A stretch of 64,000 bases of DNA from Desulfomonilia bacterium (GTDB taxonomy: Bacteria; Desulfobacterota; Desulfomonilia; UBA1062), in the NCBI GenBank assembly GCA_050014195.1, contig JBEKDT010000011.1, positions 64,001-128,000 of the forward strand, in the 5' to 3' direction. A program made the position numbers and the translations under genes. A model generated the notes under the pieces. The model saw only the letters and a list, made by a program, of their open reading frames with translations, had not been told where the DNA came from and did not search any database. Numbering within the stretch: position 1 is the first letter of the stretch; every line of letters starts with the position of its first letter. This document shows positions 31,306 to 40,820 of this stretch, one piece after another.

Positions 31306-32050
31306 TATATATCTCCCCAGGGGAATATTGAATTAGAAACATTCTTTGAAAACCATAGATCTCGGCTGTTGAGCTGCCGTTTTTGAGAGCGGAAATTGCG
31401 TAAGCAATTATCCGTGCCAAAAACCAAGCGAAGCGCAGCCGCCCGAAGGGCGGGGTCTGCTCTAACGCCCTTGATAGGCGGAGCGCGAGCGGAGCCTGAA
31501 AGGGCGGAAAGAGCAGATGCTCAACAGCCGAGATAGGACGGATGGCCGACAGGCCAAGCGAGCGCGAGCGAGCGGTCCGTCCTATCTCGGCGATAGATGG
31601 ACACATTAGAACTGACCTAAAAAATTAAATGTTCTCTGATCTACGCTTGAGAAAATCCGTTATCATAGCCAATAAAAAGATACTCTTTCCTGAAGATTAA
31701 TTCTCATCTAATCAAAAAACTTAAAAAATAGCAGATACTAAAAGCCCCCTACGCTCGCTTATAAAGCAGCACGCCAACATGTGGCCATGTTGTCATGCTG
31801 CTTGCAACGCTTCGGGTGTCTCCTATGGTCACAGATTGTGACCACTCCTGCATGGTGAGCCTTTCAGGCTTTCCTTTCTCCGGTCGTTCCTCCCTTCCCC
31901 TTCAGTCGTTTGTGAAAGGGGCAAGGGAGGAAAAGTTGGTTTTTCATTTTAAATGCACAGGAGGAAGGACGCTTGGATTCCAATATCAACTTGACGAGGG
32001 TTGCAGCCAATTCCATAATATCTCCCAATAGCAATGTGGGAGGTGTATGC

Positions 32051-33217
32051 GTGAAGGGGTCAATCGTTTTAAGATCAGATGTTAAAGTGCCTTACTGGGT
32101 CGTTTCATGGCCGCACCAAGGGAAAGTCTATAAAATAACAAAATACCCAGGCGAAAAAGAGCCTATGTACCAGCGTCATCCTAAAAAGGATCACGACATA
32201 GGGTATAAAAAAGCAGAGAAGCTCCGTGCTCTCATGCAAGGAGATGAGGAACGAGGTATCTTCCGAATTGAGAAATTTATCGGAGAACACCTGACGGATA
32301 TCATTCCATACCTTGAAAACTGGCTTGAAGATCGCCGTCCCAATCTTACACCAGGTGGATATATCAAGTATCGTACAGCAGTCAGGAATTACCTTATTCC
32401 ATTCTTTAAAGAACATCCTGTAATGCTCCATGAGATTCGTTATGATACACTTGTCAGACTTCTTAATTGGGTAAAAGGATCAGGTAAACATAAGAAGAAC
32501 GTAGTAGATACACTACGGTGCTGCCTCAGATACGCATGGAAGTCTGAAAGGATACTGGCAATCCCTCCTTTCCCAGAGAAACATCTCTATGACATCCGCT
32601 CAAAACCCCCGATATGGTTGCCGAGTGATCGATATCAGGCCGTAATATCACAACTGCAAGACGAACATAAGCCATTCTTCATGTGGCTATATCTTCATCT
32701 TAGGCGACCAGGTGAAGCCATGGCATTGAGGAAGGAAGATTATGATGCGGAACAGGATGTTTTCATTATTCGCCGGGGAGTCAGTAATGGTGAAGTTATT
32801 GAACGAACAAAGACCGGCGATATTCATCTCATTCCTTGCGCAGAAGAGTTCAAACCATACATGGAATCGATGCCAAAAACATTCGGACCATATTTCTTTA
32901 CCTGTTCAGAAAGTAAGTCCGATGGAAAACGATATACGGGCAAACTTTACCGCAGATACTGGAAAGAAGCATGTGAAAAGGCCGGTGAAGATATTGACGT
33001 CTATCGTGGTACGAAAACCAGTAGGGCATCTCAGATGATCAATGAAGACGGTATGAGCATGCACGATCTCCAGATAGCTGGTGATTGGGCAAGTCTATCA
33101 TCCGTTGAGTCATATGCTAAAGCTAACATCGCAAAGAAGAGATCCTTGATAGATAGAAAGGTTATCCAACTTACGGGGCAATCACGGGGTAACACATCTG
33201 ATAAAAATGTTAAATAA
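32051..33217 (+). CDS. int: Tyrosine recombinase/integrase (atypical)
   Basis: LHLRRPGEAMALRKED box I, TKTG lysine, C-terminal GDW...YA; adjacent to tRNA att; GTG start after GGGAGG. Confidence 0.9.
   Translation: MKGSIVLRSDVKVPYWVVSWPHQGKVYKITKYPGEKEPMYQRHPKKDHDIGYKKAEKLRALMQGDEERGIFRIEKFIGEHLTDIIPYLENWLEDRRPNLTPGGYIKYRTAVRNYLIPFFKEHPVMLHEIRYDTLVRLLNWVKGSGKHKKNVVDTLRCCLRYAWKSERILAIPPFPEKHLYDIRSKPPIWLPSDRYQAVISQLQDEHKPFFMWLYLHLRRPGEAMALRKEDYDAEQDVFIIRRGVSNGEVIERTKTGDIHLIPCAEEFKPYMESMPKTFGPYFFTCSESKSDGKRYTGKLYRRYWKEACEKAGEDIDVYRGTKTSRASQMINEDGMSMHDLQIAGDWASLSSVESYAKANIAKKRSLIDRKVIQLTGQSRGNTSDKNVK
33171..33193 (+). repeat. Arm-type tandem repeat of the large element (partner at 17091-17112)
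   Basis: TTACGGGGCAATCACGGGGTAAC vs TACGGGGTAATCACGGGGTAAC. Confidence 0.85.
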
Positions 33218-33231
33218 AATCAATTAGAAAC

Positions 33232-33308
33232 TGGTCGGGAAGCGGGGATTTGAACCCCGGACCCCAGCGTCCCGAACGCTGTGCTCTACCAGGCTGAGCC
33301 ACTTCCCG
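33232..33308 (-). tRNA. tRNA-Pro(CGG)
   Basis: CGGGAAG acceptor stem, TGGCTCAGCCTGGTAGAGC D-arm, anticodon loop TTCGGGA, GGTTCAAATCC T-arm, encoded CCA. Confidence 0.97.
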
Positions 33309-33362
33309 AAACCAGAGTCTATCTATAGAAAAGAATCGTTTGCGAAGTCAAGAGTGTTCGCG

Positions 33363-34133
33363 TCAATGGGCCTTGTTTTCAAACGTAATAAAATCCTCGC
33401 GCACCACCCTATGATCCATCTGGTTCCTTACATCCAAGGGGTATTCCCCCGGATTGAACGCAAACAGATCCTTGCCAAGCCTCTGCAGCGGTATGGCAAA
33501 CTCCACATTAAAGAACAGCTCGCTCCTGTCCCGGCCGGCCTGAAGCGCATCATTCCTCCCCCCTAAACTGACAAAGAGCGGCTTGATGGGATGTACCTGG
33601 ACCATTATTGACATGCCGCTCATGTTATCCCTGTCTCTGCCGGCGTAATAATAGATTCCTGGCCACAGAGAGACAAAGGGGGCATTGGGGAGGGGGACGC
33701 CGAAGGTCAGGTCAATGCCCGGCAAAGCCTCCTCGCCACTATGCTCACCGGATACCGGCGCATACAGATTCATATGTCCTGAAAAGTTAGGGTGATATAC
33801 CTCAAGACCGGCACCGAATCTTTTATAGGAGTTGTCTGAGGTATAATCGTAGAAAAGGTTGCCGCCGCCAAGCATCATACCGTTCAGTATAGGCTGCCTG
33901 CCGCCGACTCCAAGATCTATACCCGGCTTACCTCCCCTAAGGGTAAGCATGGGCTGTGAGAATAAGGACATGGAATCAAGCTGTGAGAGCCACACAAAGG
34001 AATCGGCATAATAACAGGGATTTGACTCATTCGAGACCTTGATGCCGCCCCCCGCCCATATGAGATCCGGCCCGGCAGCATAAAGCACGGACCCGGCCAG
34101 GCAGAATATGGCAACAATAATGAGTTTCTTCAT
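33363..34133 (-). CDS. Stand-alone inverse autotransporter (intimin/invasin-like) beta-barrel protein
   Basis: Signal peptide; LGVGGR, GGNLFYDY, RFGAGLE, NLYAPVS and RVVRE..I motifs. Confidence 0.7.
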   Translation of the reverse strand: MKKLIIVAIFCLAGSVLYAAGPDLIWAGGGIKVSNESNPCYYADSFVWLSQLDSMSLFSQPMLTLRGGKPGIDLGVGGRQPILNGMMLGGGNLFYDYTSDNSYKRFGAGLEVYHPNFSGHMNLYAPVSGEHSGEEALPGIDLTFGVPLPNAPFVSLWPGIYYYAGRDRDNMSGMSIMVQVHPIKPLFVSLGGRNDALQAGRDRSELFFNVEFAIPLQRLGKDLFAFNPGEYPLDVRNQMDHRVVREDFITFENKAH

Positions 34134-34193
34134 AGCAACTCCTCCTCATGCAATTCTTGATCACTAAAAAACATGCTTCATCTACAATATGTC

Positions 34194-35210
34194 TTAAGCT
34201 CTCCACAATGGTTTGATGCCCACACAAATATCTTCAGGCTTCAAAATGGTCAAGGTCTCATTATGGAGCATTCCCATATAATTGATCTGACTTGTATCGA
34301 ACGGCGGTATATTAACACGGGGACATATCCTGATATGCGGTGTGAATAGGTGGTTAGCCAAGAGAAAATACGTGGACAAGTTCAGACTGCACATGTTCAG
34401 GGAATCAATATAGCTCATCACTTTCAAAACTCCACTCACCAGTTCTTGAAGGATCTCTCCTCGGATGTCTTCAGGTGATCTCACACCCTTAAGGACACCT
34501 ATGATATCGAAGATCCCCATGGGTGCAAACGCCACGATCCATGAGATGTCTTTTGTGGAGGCGATCATTCGCTCTCCCCTCATATTCTCCTCCTTCACAA
34601 GATCGGACCAATAACCGCTCCCATGCTCATCCTGGTACTGGGAAAGGGCAGCCACAGCGTATGTATAGTAGTTGGTAGGCGAGCTTGATGCTGCAATCTG
34701 GAGATGGGGATGAATGATTGACCCACCGGCCTGGGGCATATAGTTCCAGTTCACCGACTGGTAGATCATGTCATTCTGCTTGGCGATAACGTCGGTGAGA
34801 TACTGAAAACAGCACTCAAATGCATCTGTCATGACCTCAGTGGTAAATTCGTTCAGCGCGACAAAATGCTCACTTGTCATCACGGTGACAGCCCCGTTTT
34901 CATCATAGGGAAAGGCATTGGGAACACATAATGCCTGGCCTTGCGAATATCGTTCCTTGTTTGCAAGGTCCGGGTGAAATTTAGGTGTGACATACTCTAC
35001 AAGCTCCGGGCAGAACGGGCAGAACTGTCTGGAGGTCTTGATGAGTCCGGTAAGATCGGACTTTTTGACCTCTCTCACGGGGAAATCCAGGATGCGGCTT
35101 GTATGGCCGGTAAGGGGATCATACCGCACCTCGGAGTAACGCTTGACCTCGTCATATCCACGTGAGGGGTCTAAAAATCGTGATGTTTTCAATACCTTAA
35201 CAAATTCCAT
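34194..35210 (-). CDS. GalT-like HIT-fold nucleotidyltransferase
   Basis: EVRYDPLTG, CPFCP, PNAFPY, AGGSIIHPHLQ. Confidence 0.8.
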   Translation of the reverse strand: MEFVKVLKTSRFLDPSRGYDEVKRYSEVRYDPLTGHTSRILDFPVREVKKSDLTGLIKTSRQFCPFCPELVEYVTPKFHPDLANKERYSQGQALCVPNAFPYDENGAVTVMTSEHFVALNEFTTEVMTDAFECCFQYLTDVIAKQNDMIYQSVNWNYMPQAGGSIIHPHLQIAASSSPTNYYTYAVAALSQYQDEHGSGYWSDLVKEENMRGERMIASTKDISWIVAFAPMGIFDIIGVLKGVRSPEDIRGEILQELVSGVLKVMSYIDSLNMCSLNLSTYFLLANHLFTPHIRICPRVNIPPFDTSQINYMGMLHNETLTILKPEDICVGIKPLWRA

Positions 35211-35375
35211 TGGATATATCATTACACTATGGCGGGCATTTGGGTCAAGGAGATAAGCCCCCAGACACGTAAGGGTTTTCTTCCATAAACACGATGTATC
35301 CTTGATCAATACACCTCGTCCCGGTATAATTCATTTTCATTAAATTCTAATAAATCCGGAGGAGAAACATTTCAG

Positions 35376-35585
35376 ATGGATTGTATTATAAACAAAAACA
35401 TACAGTCATGTAGATGCACTTACGAATCCTGCAGCAGGAGGGGTCAGTGCTGTGAATGTGTCAGGTATCACCGGGATAAAGGCCAGCTTCCCGGGTGCTT
35501 CTTCCCCAAGGATATCGAGAAGACCTACGACCGGTCCATTGAGCGGTTTTTCAAGACGTATCAGGAACGGGGGAAGTGGTGGTAG
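35376..35585 (+). CDS. Small Cys-rich conserved protein (DUF6485-like)
   Basis: CRCTYESCSRRGQCCECVRYH...LPGCFF...TYDRS. Confidence 0.75.
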   Translation: MDCIINKNIQSCRCTYESCSRRGQCCECVRYHRDKGQLPGCFFPKDIEKTYDRSIERFFKTYQERGKWW

Positions 35586-35592
35586 CATTTTC

Positions 35593-36237
35593 ATGAAAGA
35601 TACCCTGCTTGCCAGAAAGAACATGGTCAATGAGCAGCTCATAAGCCGCGGCATAAAGGACCAGCGCGTGCTGAATGCCTTTCTGGAGGTCCCACGGCAC
35701 AAGTTCGTCGAGGAATATCTTAAATACAAGGCATATGATGACTACCCGCTGTCCATAGGATATAACCAGACAATTTCCCAGCCCTACATGGTGGCCCTCA
35801 TGACCGAGGCCTTGGCGCCGAAGCCTGATGAGAAGATCCTGGAGATCGGCACGGGCTCGGGGTACCAGGCTGCAATACTATCACGCCTCTGCTCTGCGGT
35901 TTATACCATTGAGCGCATCAGCGCACTGGCGTCCCGCGCGAGGAAGGTCTTGGATGAACTCGGTTACTTCAATGTCCACATCCGGGTCGGTGACGGCACC
36001 ATGGGTCTGCCTCAGGATGCACCATATGATGGGATCATAGTCACTGCAGGAGCCCCGCATGTGCCTGAGGCCCTCATCGAGCAGCTCAGGGAGGATGGCA
36101 GGCTTCTCATACCCATAGGTGATCAGAGCATCCAGGATTTAAGACGTCTTACGAGAACCAAAGACGGAGTCAAAGAGGAATCGCTCGGCGGCTGCAGGTT
36201 TGTGAAACTGATCGGGAAGCATGGATGGCAGGACTGA
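35593..36237 (+). CDS. pcm: Protein-L-isoaspartate O-methyltransferase
   Basis: VPRHKFV, QTISQPYMVA, LEIGTGSGYQAA. Confidence 0.95.
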   Translation: MKDTLLARKNMVNEQLISRGIKDQRVLNAFLEVPRHKFVEEYLKYKAYDDYPLSIGYNQTISQPYMVALMTEALAPKPDEKILEIGTGSGYQAAILSRLCSAVYTIERISALASRARKVLDELGYFNVHIRVGDGTMGLPQDAPYDGIIVTAGAPHVPEALIEQLREDGRLLIPIGDQSIQDLRRLTRTKDGVKEESLGGCRFVKLIGKHGWQD

Positions 36238-36466
36238 GTGAACAGTGAACAAAGAATAGCGGCTTGTTGATACCGTTGTATAGAAATTTATTTTGTATAC
36301 ATTCTTCATGAAGTATTAGACGACAACCAACAGTAAGTCAGTAAATCTGAACGGGCAAAACTGACGTCTGAATCCTTAGAACCCAGTTAAGTAATATCCC
36401 TGTGAAACTCTCCTTAAAGACGAGCACTATCAACGGAACTGATCACTGATCAGTGACCACTGATAC

Positions 36467-37078
36467 TTACACCTTCCCATTCCACTTACTGAAATTCTCA
36501 AGGATCTTCAGACCGGGGTGTCCGCTCTTTTCCGGGTGAAACTGGGTTGCAAAGACGTTCTGACGGGAAATGGCCGAGGCGAACTCGATCCCATAAGTGG
36601 TCTGCGCCACGACATACTGCTCTTCGGCAGGGTCGGGATAATAAGAATGGACAAAGTAGAACCAGGCATCACTTTCTATGCCGTATAAGAGCGGGTGGTC
36701 CTTTGTCCTGACAATGGTGTTCCACCCCATGTGGGGTATCTTCTCGCCCATATCAGGAAATTTTCTGACAGTACCCGGAATAATCCCGAGGCACGTTGCT
36801 GTGTCCTCTTCGCTGGATTCAAAGATGATCTGCGTACCAAGACATATGCCCAGGAAGGGTATACCTCGAGAAATCACTTCGGATATGGTGATGTCGATCT
36901 TGAGCTCGCGTATTGTCTCCATGGCCTTGCCTGCAGCGCCCACTCCTGGGAAGATGACGCGCTCAGCCCCCAAGATGTCTGAGGCGTTTGCAGTAATGGC
37001 ACAGGGTAGTCCCAGGTGTTTGAGAGCCCGCTCAACGGATCTCAGGTTGCCGGCCCTATAGTCGATAATGGCAATCAT
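36467..37078 (-). CDS. hisH: Imidazole glycerol phosphate synthase subunit
   Basis: GNLRSV, PGVG, GICLG, PHMGWN, YFVHSY, QFHPEKS. Confidence 0.95.
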   Translation of the reverse strand: MIAIIDYRAGNLRSVERALKHLGLPCAITANASDILGAERVIFPGVGAAGKAMETIRELKIDITISEVISRGIPFLGICLGTQIIFESSEEDTATCLGIIPGTVRKFPDMGEKIPHMGWNTIVRTKDHPLLYGIESDAWFYFVHSYYPDPAEEQYVVAQTTYGIEFASAISRQNVFATQFHPEKSGHPGLKILENFSKWNGKV

Positions 37079-37202
37079 GGCCCGTACACCTTAACATCGT
37101 TCAGATGTAACCCTTGTGGCTGCCCATTGACACGCATAAAAGGGAGAAACAAATGATCCATGAACATAGTGGCCGACCTGCAATATAGGTGAAGTAAGCC
37201 GC

Positions 37203-37625
37203 TTATAATGCGATCCAGGCACCGATATAGGCTATCACCAGCCCTACAAGCAGGGCTATGGATCCCACCTTCGTCCTTGTTTCAGCATTTGTGAGCAGAC
37301 CCAGATAGCCAGTGAACTTCTCCTGCTGCTGCTCAGATGGATTTAACATGGGTGAGATCATGCGGATAGTATCGATGATCTTAGTAAAGGTGGTCTCCTT
37401 CACCAGCAATACGATGCAGCTTGCAATGATGACGATGTATCCGTTCAGCATCATGAAGGTGCCAAGGATGAATCCGGATATGCCTATCCTATGCTGAAGA
37501 TCATGCGAGGGCATTTCTATCTGAATGGGCGCCACAACCTCTTCGTGATGACCCTCACCACAACTCAGTACCATCATGGAACTGACGATCAAGACCATGA
37601 GAAGACCGGTTTTGCATATCTTCAC
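37203..37625 (-). CDS. Hypothetical membrane (lipo)protein
   Basis: Lipobox-like VLSC and two TM helices; start uncertain. Confidence 0.55.
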   Translation of the reverse strand: MKICKTGLLMVLIVSSMMVLSCGEGHHEEVVAPIQIEMPSHDLQHRIGISGFILGTFMMLNGYIVIIASCIVLLVKETTFTKIIDTIRMISPMLNPSEQQQEKFTGYLGLLTNAETRTKVGSIALLVGLVIAYIGAWIAL

Positions 37626-37757
37626 GAAAAGGCCTCCAAATTCAATTTGCACCGAACTATACCTGCAGCTTCCAATTTGTGTCAACTCCCTTTAAAGTCT
37701 TCAAGGCTTTCATGCCGATCTATTATACAGACAAATACGTGCAGGAGGGTGATCCGC

Positions 37758-39128
37758 GTGGGTGAGTTTGATGATCTCATAGAGGAATTCGTAACCGAAT
37801 CAAAAGAGCATATAGCCGACATAGAAGACGATCTCATCAAGATTGAGTCAGACATGGAGCACGTAGACCCCGAGGTCATTAACCGGGTGTTCAGGGCGGC
37901 CCATTCCATAAAGGGCAGCTCAAAGTTTCTTGACCTCAACAACATCGGTGACCTCGCTCATAAGATGGAGGATGTGCTCAATCTTATCCGCTCAGGAAAG
38001 CTCATCCCATCCAGCGATGTAGCCGGGCCCCTGCTCATAGCGGCCGACATGTTAAAGAACATGCTTGAAGATGTAACCTCAAGCAATGATATGGATATCT
38101 CAGAGCACATCGTACAACTCCAGAAGATCCTGGATAGAGAAACGGCCGTAGAGAAAAAACCTCAAAAAGCCTCACAAGTCAAAAATGCGGCTGATCCACT
38201 TGCAATATTAGGCACAAATATGGATACCATCAGGACCAAGCTCGGCTCGACTCAAGTCTATATTATTACCATAGACACGGCAAAAGGCGATATGGATCAT
38301 ATCAAATCCGAGCTCAGAAACTTAGGTGAAGTCATCGCCCAGAAGACAACACCGGACGGCAAACTTGTAACACTCTTTGCCACCATTATGGAGTCTGACA
38401 TGGTCCCGCTCGCCCTGGGGTTGGACAAGGATTCTTTTATCCCAGTGAATGAATCTATGTTGAAATCAACGTCCCTACAGTCGCCGAAAACCAAACCTGA
38501 GGCCCAAGTGAAGCCGGTCCAAAAACCTGCCACGAATGTTGCAAAACAAGCAAAGCCCAGGCCTGTTGCAGTTGAAGAGGGAGAAGAGGAAAGCGAATAC
38601 CGTACCGTGTCTTATGATGAGCCCAATGCCAAGGAGATGATTGCCTCCCTTAAGGATGAAGTGCAAGCCGCCCAAAAGGAAGACAATACCTCCTTCATTA
38701 CCTTCACTCTCGACAACGAGGTCTATGCTGTACCAATACAGACCATCGAGGAAATTATCGGCCTTCAGGAGATCAGCCTGCTGCCCAATGTCCCTGATTT
38801 CATCAAAGGGGTCATCAATCTGCGCGGTGAGATCGTGCCCATTATGGATCTTAGGCTCAAGTTCGGACTCGAATCCAAGGAATACACCCCATTTACCGTT
38901 TTCCTCATCGCGCGGGTGGACGAACGGCTCATGGGCATGGTGGTGGATAACGTGGCCGATGTACTCGTTATCGAGCCGGCCAAGGTCCAGAAGAAGCCGG
39001 CTTTCTCAGCCAAGATCTCTACTGATTTTATCGATGGGGTCTATAAGGATGCCCAGGAAGACCTGGTAATCTTGGTGGATGTCCCTTCCCTCATCAAGCC
39101 CGAGGAGTGGGATCTGGCCTATATCTGA
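37758..39128 (+). CDS. Hpt (CheA P1-like)-CheW fusion protein
   Basis: INRVFRAAHSIKG Hpt motif; C-terminal IKGVINLRGEIVPIMDLR CheW; no HATPase boxes. Confidence 0.85.
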   Translation: MGEFDDLIEEFVTESKEHIADIEDDLIKIESDMEHVDPEVINRVFRAAHSIKGSSKFLDLNNIGDLAHKMEDVLNLIRSGKLIPSSDVAGPLLIAADMLKNMLEDVTSSNDMDISEHIVQLQKILDRETAVEKKPQKASQVKNAADPLAILGTNMDTIRTKLGSTQVYIITIDTAKGDMDHIKSELRNLGEVIAQKTTPDGKLVTLFATIMESDMVPLALGLDKDSFIPVNESMLKSTSLQSPKTKPEAQVKPVQKPATNVAKQAKPRPVAVEEGEEESEYRTVSYDEPNAKEMIASLKDEVQAAQKEDNTSFITFTLDNEVYAVPIQTIEEIIGLQEISLLPNVPDFIKGVINLRGEIVPIMDLRLKFGLESKEYTPFTVFLIARVDERLMGMVVDNVADVLVIEPAKVQKKPAFSAKISTDFIDGVYKDAQEDLVILVDVPSLIKPEEWDLAYI

Positions 39129-39140
39129 TCCGGTATCTGC

Positions 39141-39629
39141 TCAAGGCTTTTTAGGAATGAAGAATGAGTAGATAAGCAGACCCACCATACCTGCAGAAAT
39201 CCAGGTGTCTGCCATATTAAAGGTCGGCCAGCGGTAAGACCCGATGTGAAAGAGTAAGAAATCCACTACCTCACTGAACATAAGCCTGTCCGTAAGGTTT
39301 CCCAAGGCACCCGCGATAATCAGGCTGAAGACCGCCTTGAGCATCCAGGAGTCATCTATTGTCCTCCAGAAAATAATGAACATGGCCCCACATGCGAATA
39401 CGGTGATGACGGCAAAAAACAGGGTCCGGTAAGCTTGGGGCAGGCCTTGCAACATGCCGAAGGCCGCACCTGTGTTCCTGGCATGAATAATGTCGAAGAA
39501 ACCGGGGACCACCGTAAACCCGCTGCCGATTTCCATATGGGTATAGACAAGCCATTTGGTCAACCTGTCTATGAGAAAGCAGGGAAGAGCCAGGAGGCCC
39601 ATCCAAACTGCCATTGTCTTAATCTTCAT
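39141..39629 (-). CDS. lspA: Lipoprotein signal peptidase
   Basis: NTGAAFG, GALGNLTDR, VVDF, FNMAD. Confidence 0.95.
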   Translation of the reverse strand: MKIKTMAVWMGLLALPCFLIDRLTKWLVYTHMEIGSGFTVVPGFFDIIHARNTGAAFGMLQGLPQAYRTLFFAVITVFACGAMFIIFWRTIDDSWMLKAVFSLIIAGALGNLTDRLMFSEVVDFLLFHIGSYRWPTFNMADTWISAGMVGLLIYSFFIPKKP

Positions 39630-39823
39630 TTTACTGCCCTTACCCGTTATTATCGAAGATAAGTTAACTGTTTTGATTCAGACCTCACAAAGCATAAACA
39701 ACAGATGCATGCAAGATCAAAGAGCAAAACTTTTGAAACCGACTATGCTTTGATGCCTTAAGCACATGGTTTGGTATATCTGCTTCAAGTTGTTTTTATA
39801 AATGACCGAAGAGAAAGAGTAGA

Positions 39824-40201
39824 ATGGGATATAATATATTATTGGTTGATGATTCAAACGTGGTAAAGGCAGTGCTCATGAAGATCCTTGCCGGATCTTC
39901 TTTGACCATCAATCAGGTATTCGATGCAGCCAATGGTGTAGAGGCGCTGAAAGCCCTGAACGCGAATTCAATCGACCTTGTGATCACCGATATCAACATG
40001 CCTGTGATGGATGGTTTTGAGTTGATAGAAAGAATGCATTTAGACATCATGTTTAAGAATATACCCGTAATTGTCATTTCTACTGAAGGAAGTCTCACCA
40101 GGGTTTCATATCTCGAAGAAATGGGCATCAGGGGCTATGTGCGCAAGCCATTTGTTGCAGAGGATATACTTTCAGCCATCAACGAAGTACTGGGGGGCTG
40201 A
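39824..40201 (+). CDS. CheY-like single-domain response regulator
   Basis: LLVDDS, DINMPVMDG, KPF. Confidence 0.9.
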   Translation: MGYNILLVDDSNVVKAVLMKILAGSSLTINQVFDAANGVEALKALNANSIDLVITDINMPVMDGFELIERMHLDIMFKNIPVIVISTEGSLTRVSYLEEMGIRGYVRKPFVAEDILSAINEVLGG

Positions 40202-40202
40202 G

Positions 40203-40661
40203 ATGGGGGATAATCCTACCGAATGTCTTATGGAGGCCCTCGGTCACGTGCTTGTCTCCATGGTGTCTATGTCGCCGCGCATAACTGAAGCCAAGGATAT
40301 GCCCGAGATGAAGGGTGATGCGTTTAATATACGAATCGAATACAGCGGCAAGCATGCAGGCGAGCTCGGTCTCATCATGGAACGTCCCCTTGCATCGCAG
40401 ATTGCCGCACGTATTCTTGGTTTGGGAAGTATGGACGATGTCTACGATGACATGATCGAAGATGCAGTGCGTGAGCTTATCAATGTAGTATGCGGGCATT
40501 TTGTTACGCTGATGTACGGTTATACACCGGTTTTAAAGATTTCCATGCCCAAGGTGTTCCTTCTCGGGAGCCCGGCGTGTAATGTGCTTTTGGCAAACCC
40601 GAATGTCTGCACAATCATGGTGGATGATTTTCCATTATTGGGTCTGGTACGAGTCCGGTAG
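40203..40661 (+). CDS. cheX: CheX-like phosphatase
   Basis: DAVRELINVVCG (E-xx-N) motif, ISMP. Confidence 0.75.
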   Translation: MGDNPTECLMEALGHVLVSMVSMSPRITEAKDMPEMKGDAFNIRIEYSGKHAGELGLIMERPLASQIAARILGLGSMDDVYDDMIEDAVRELINVVCGHFVTLMYGYTPVLKISMPKVFLLGSPACNVLLANPNVCTIMVDDFPLLGLVRVR

Positions 40662-40820
40662 AGATCCAGGCCTTTAAAATTTATCTCTGTCCATTTTCAC
40701 TCTCCTGTCCAGTTCAAATTTGTAACCTGCATTGAGGTATGCCCGATTCATCCGACAAGTGTTAAGAGCCCTTATCACGCTATCATGTGAGAGTGGCAGT
40801 CTCTGAAGGAGGTAAGATTC

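Larger units (their letters stand above)
17030..33255. mobile_element. Integrative mobilizable element (genomic island) in tRNA-Pro(CGG)
   Basis: 24-bp direct repeats, tyrosine integrase next to the tRNA, matching ACGGGG(T/C)AATCACGGGGTAAC repeats inside both ends, relaxase/oriT/T4CP, AT-rich cargo. Confidence 0.92.

Noticed and set aside
31795-32031. 78-aa ORF as an excisionase
   Set aside because: No HTH signature; it overlies the structured repeated leader
36335-36420. Possible c-di-GMP-I riboswitch (GGGCAAAA...)
   Set aside because: Lacks the GAAA tetraloop/receptor and second stem, and lies between convergent genes
36237-36466. Short heptamer-like repeats (AGTGAAC, ACTGATC) after stop codons, also near 16085
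   Set aside because: Only 2-3 degenerate copies; too weak to call a repeat family from this window
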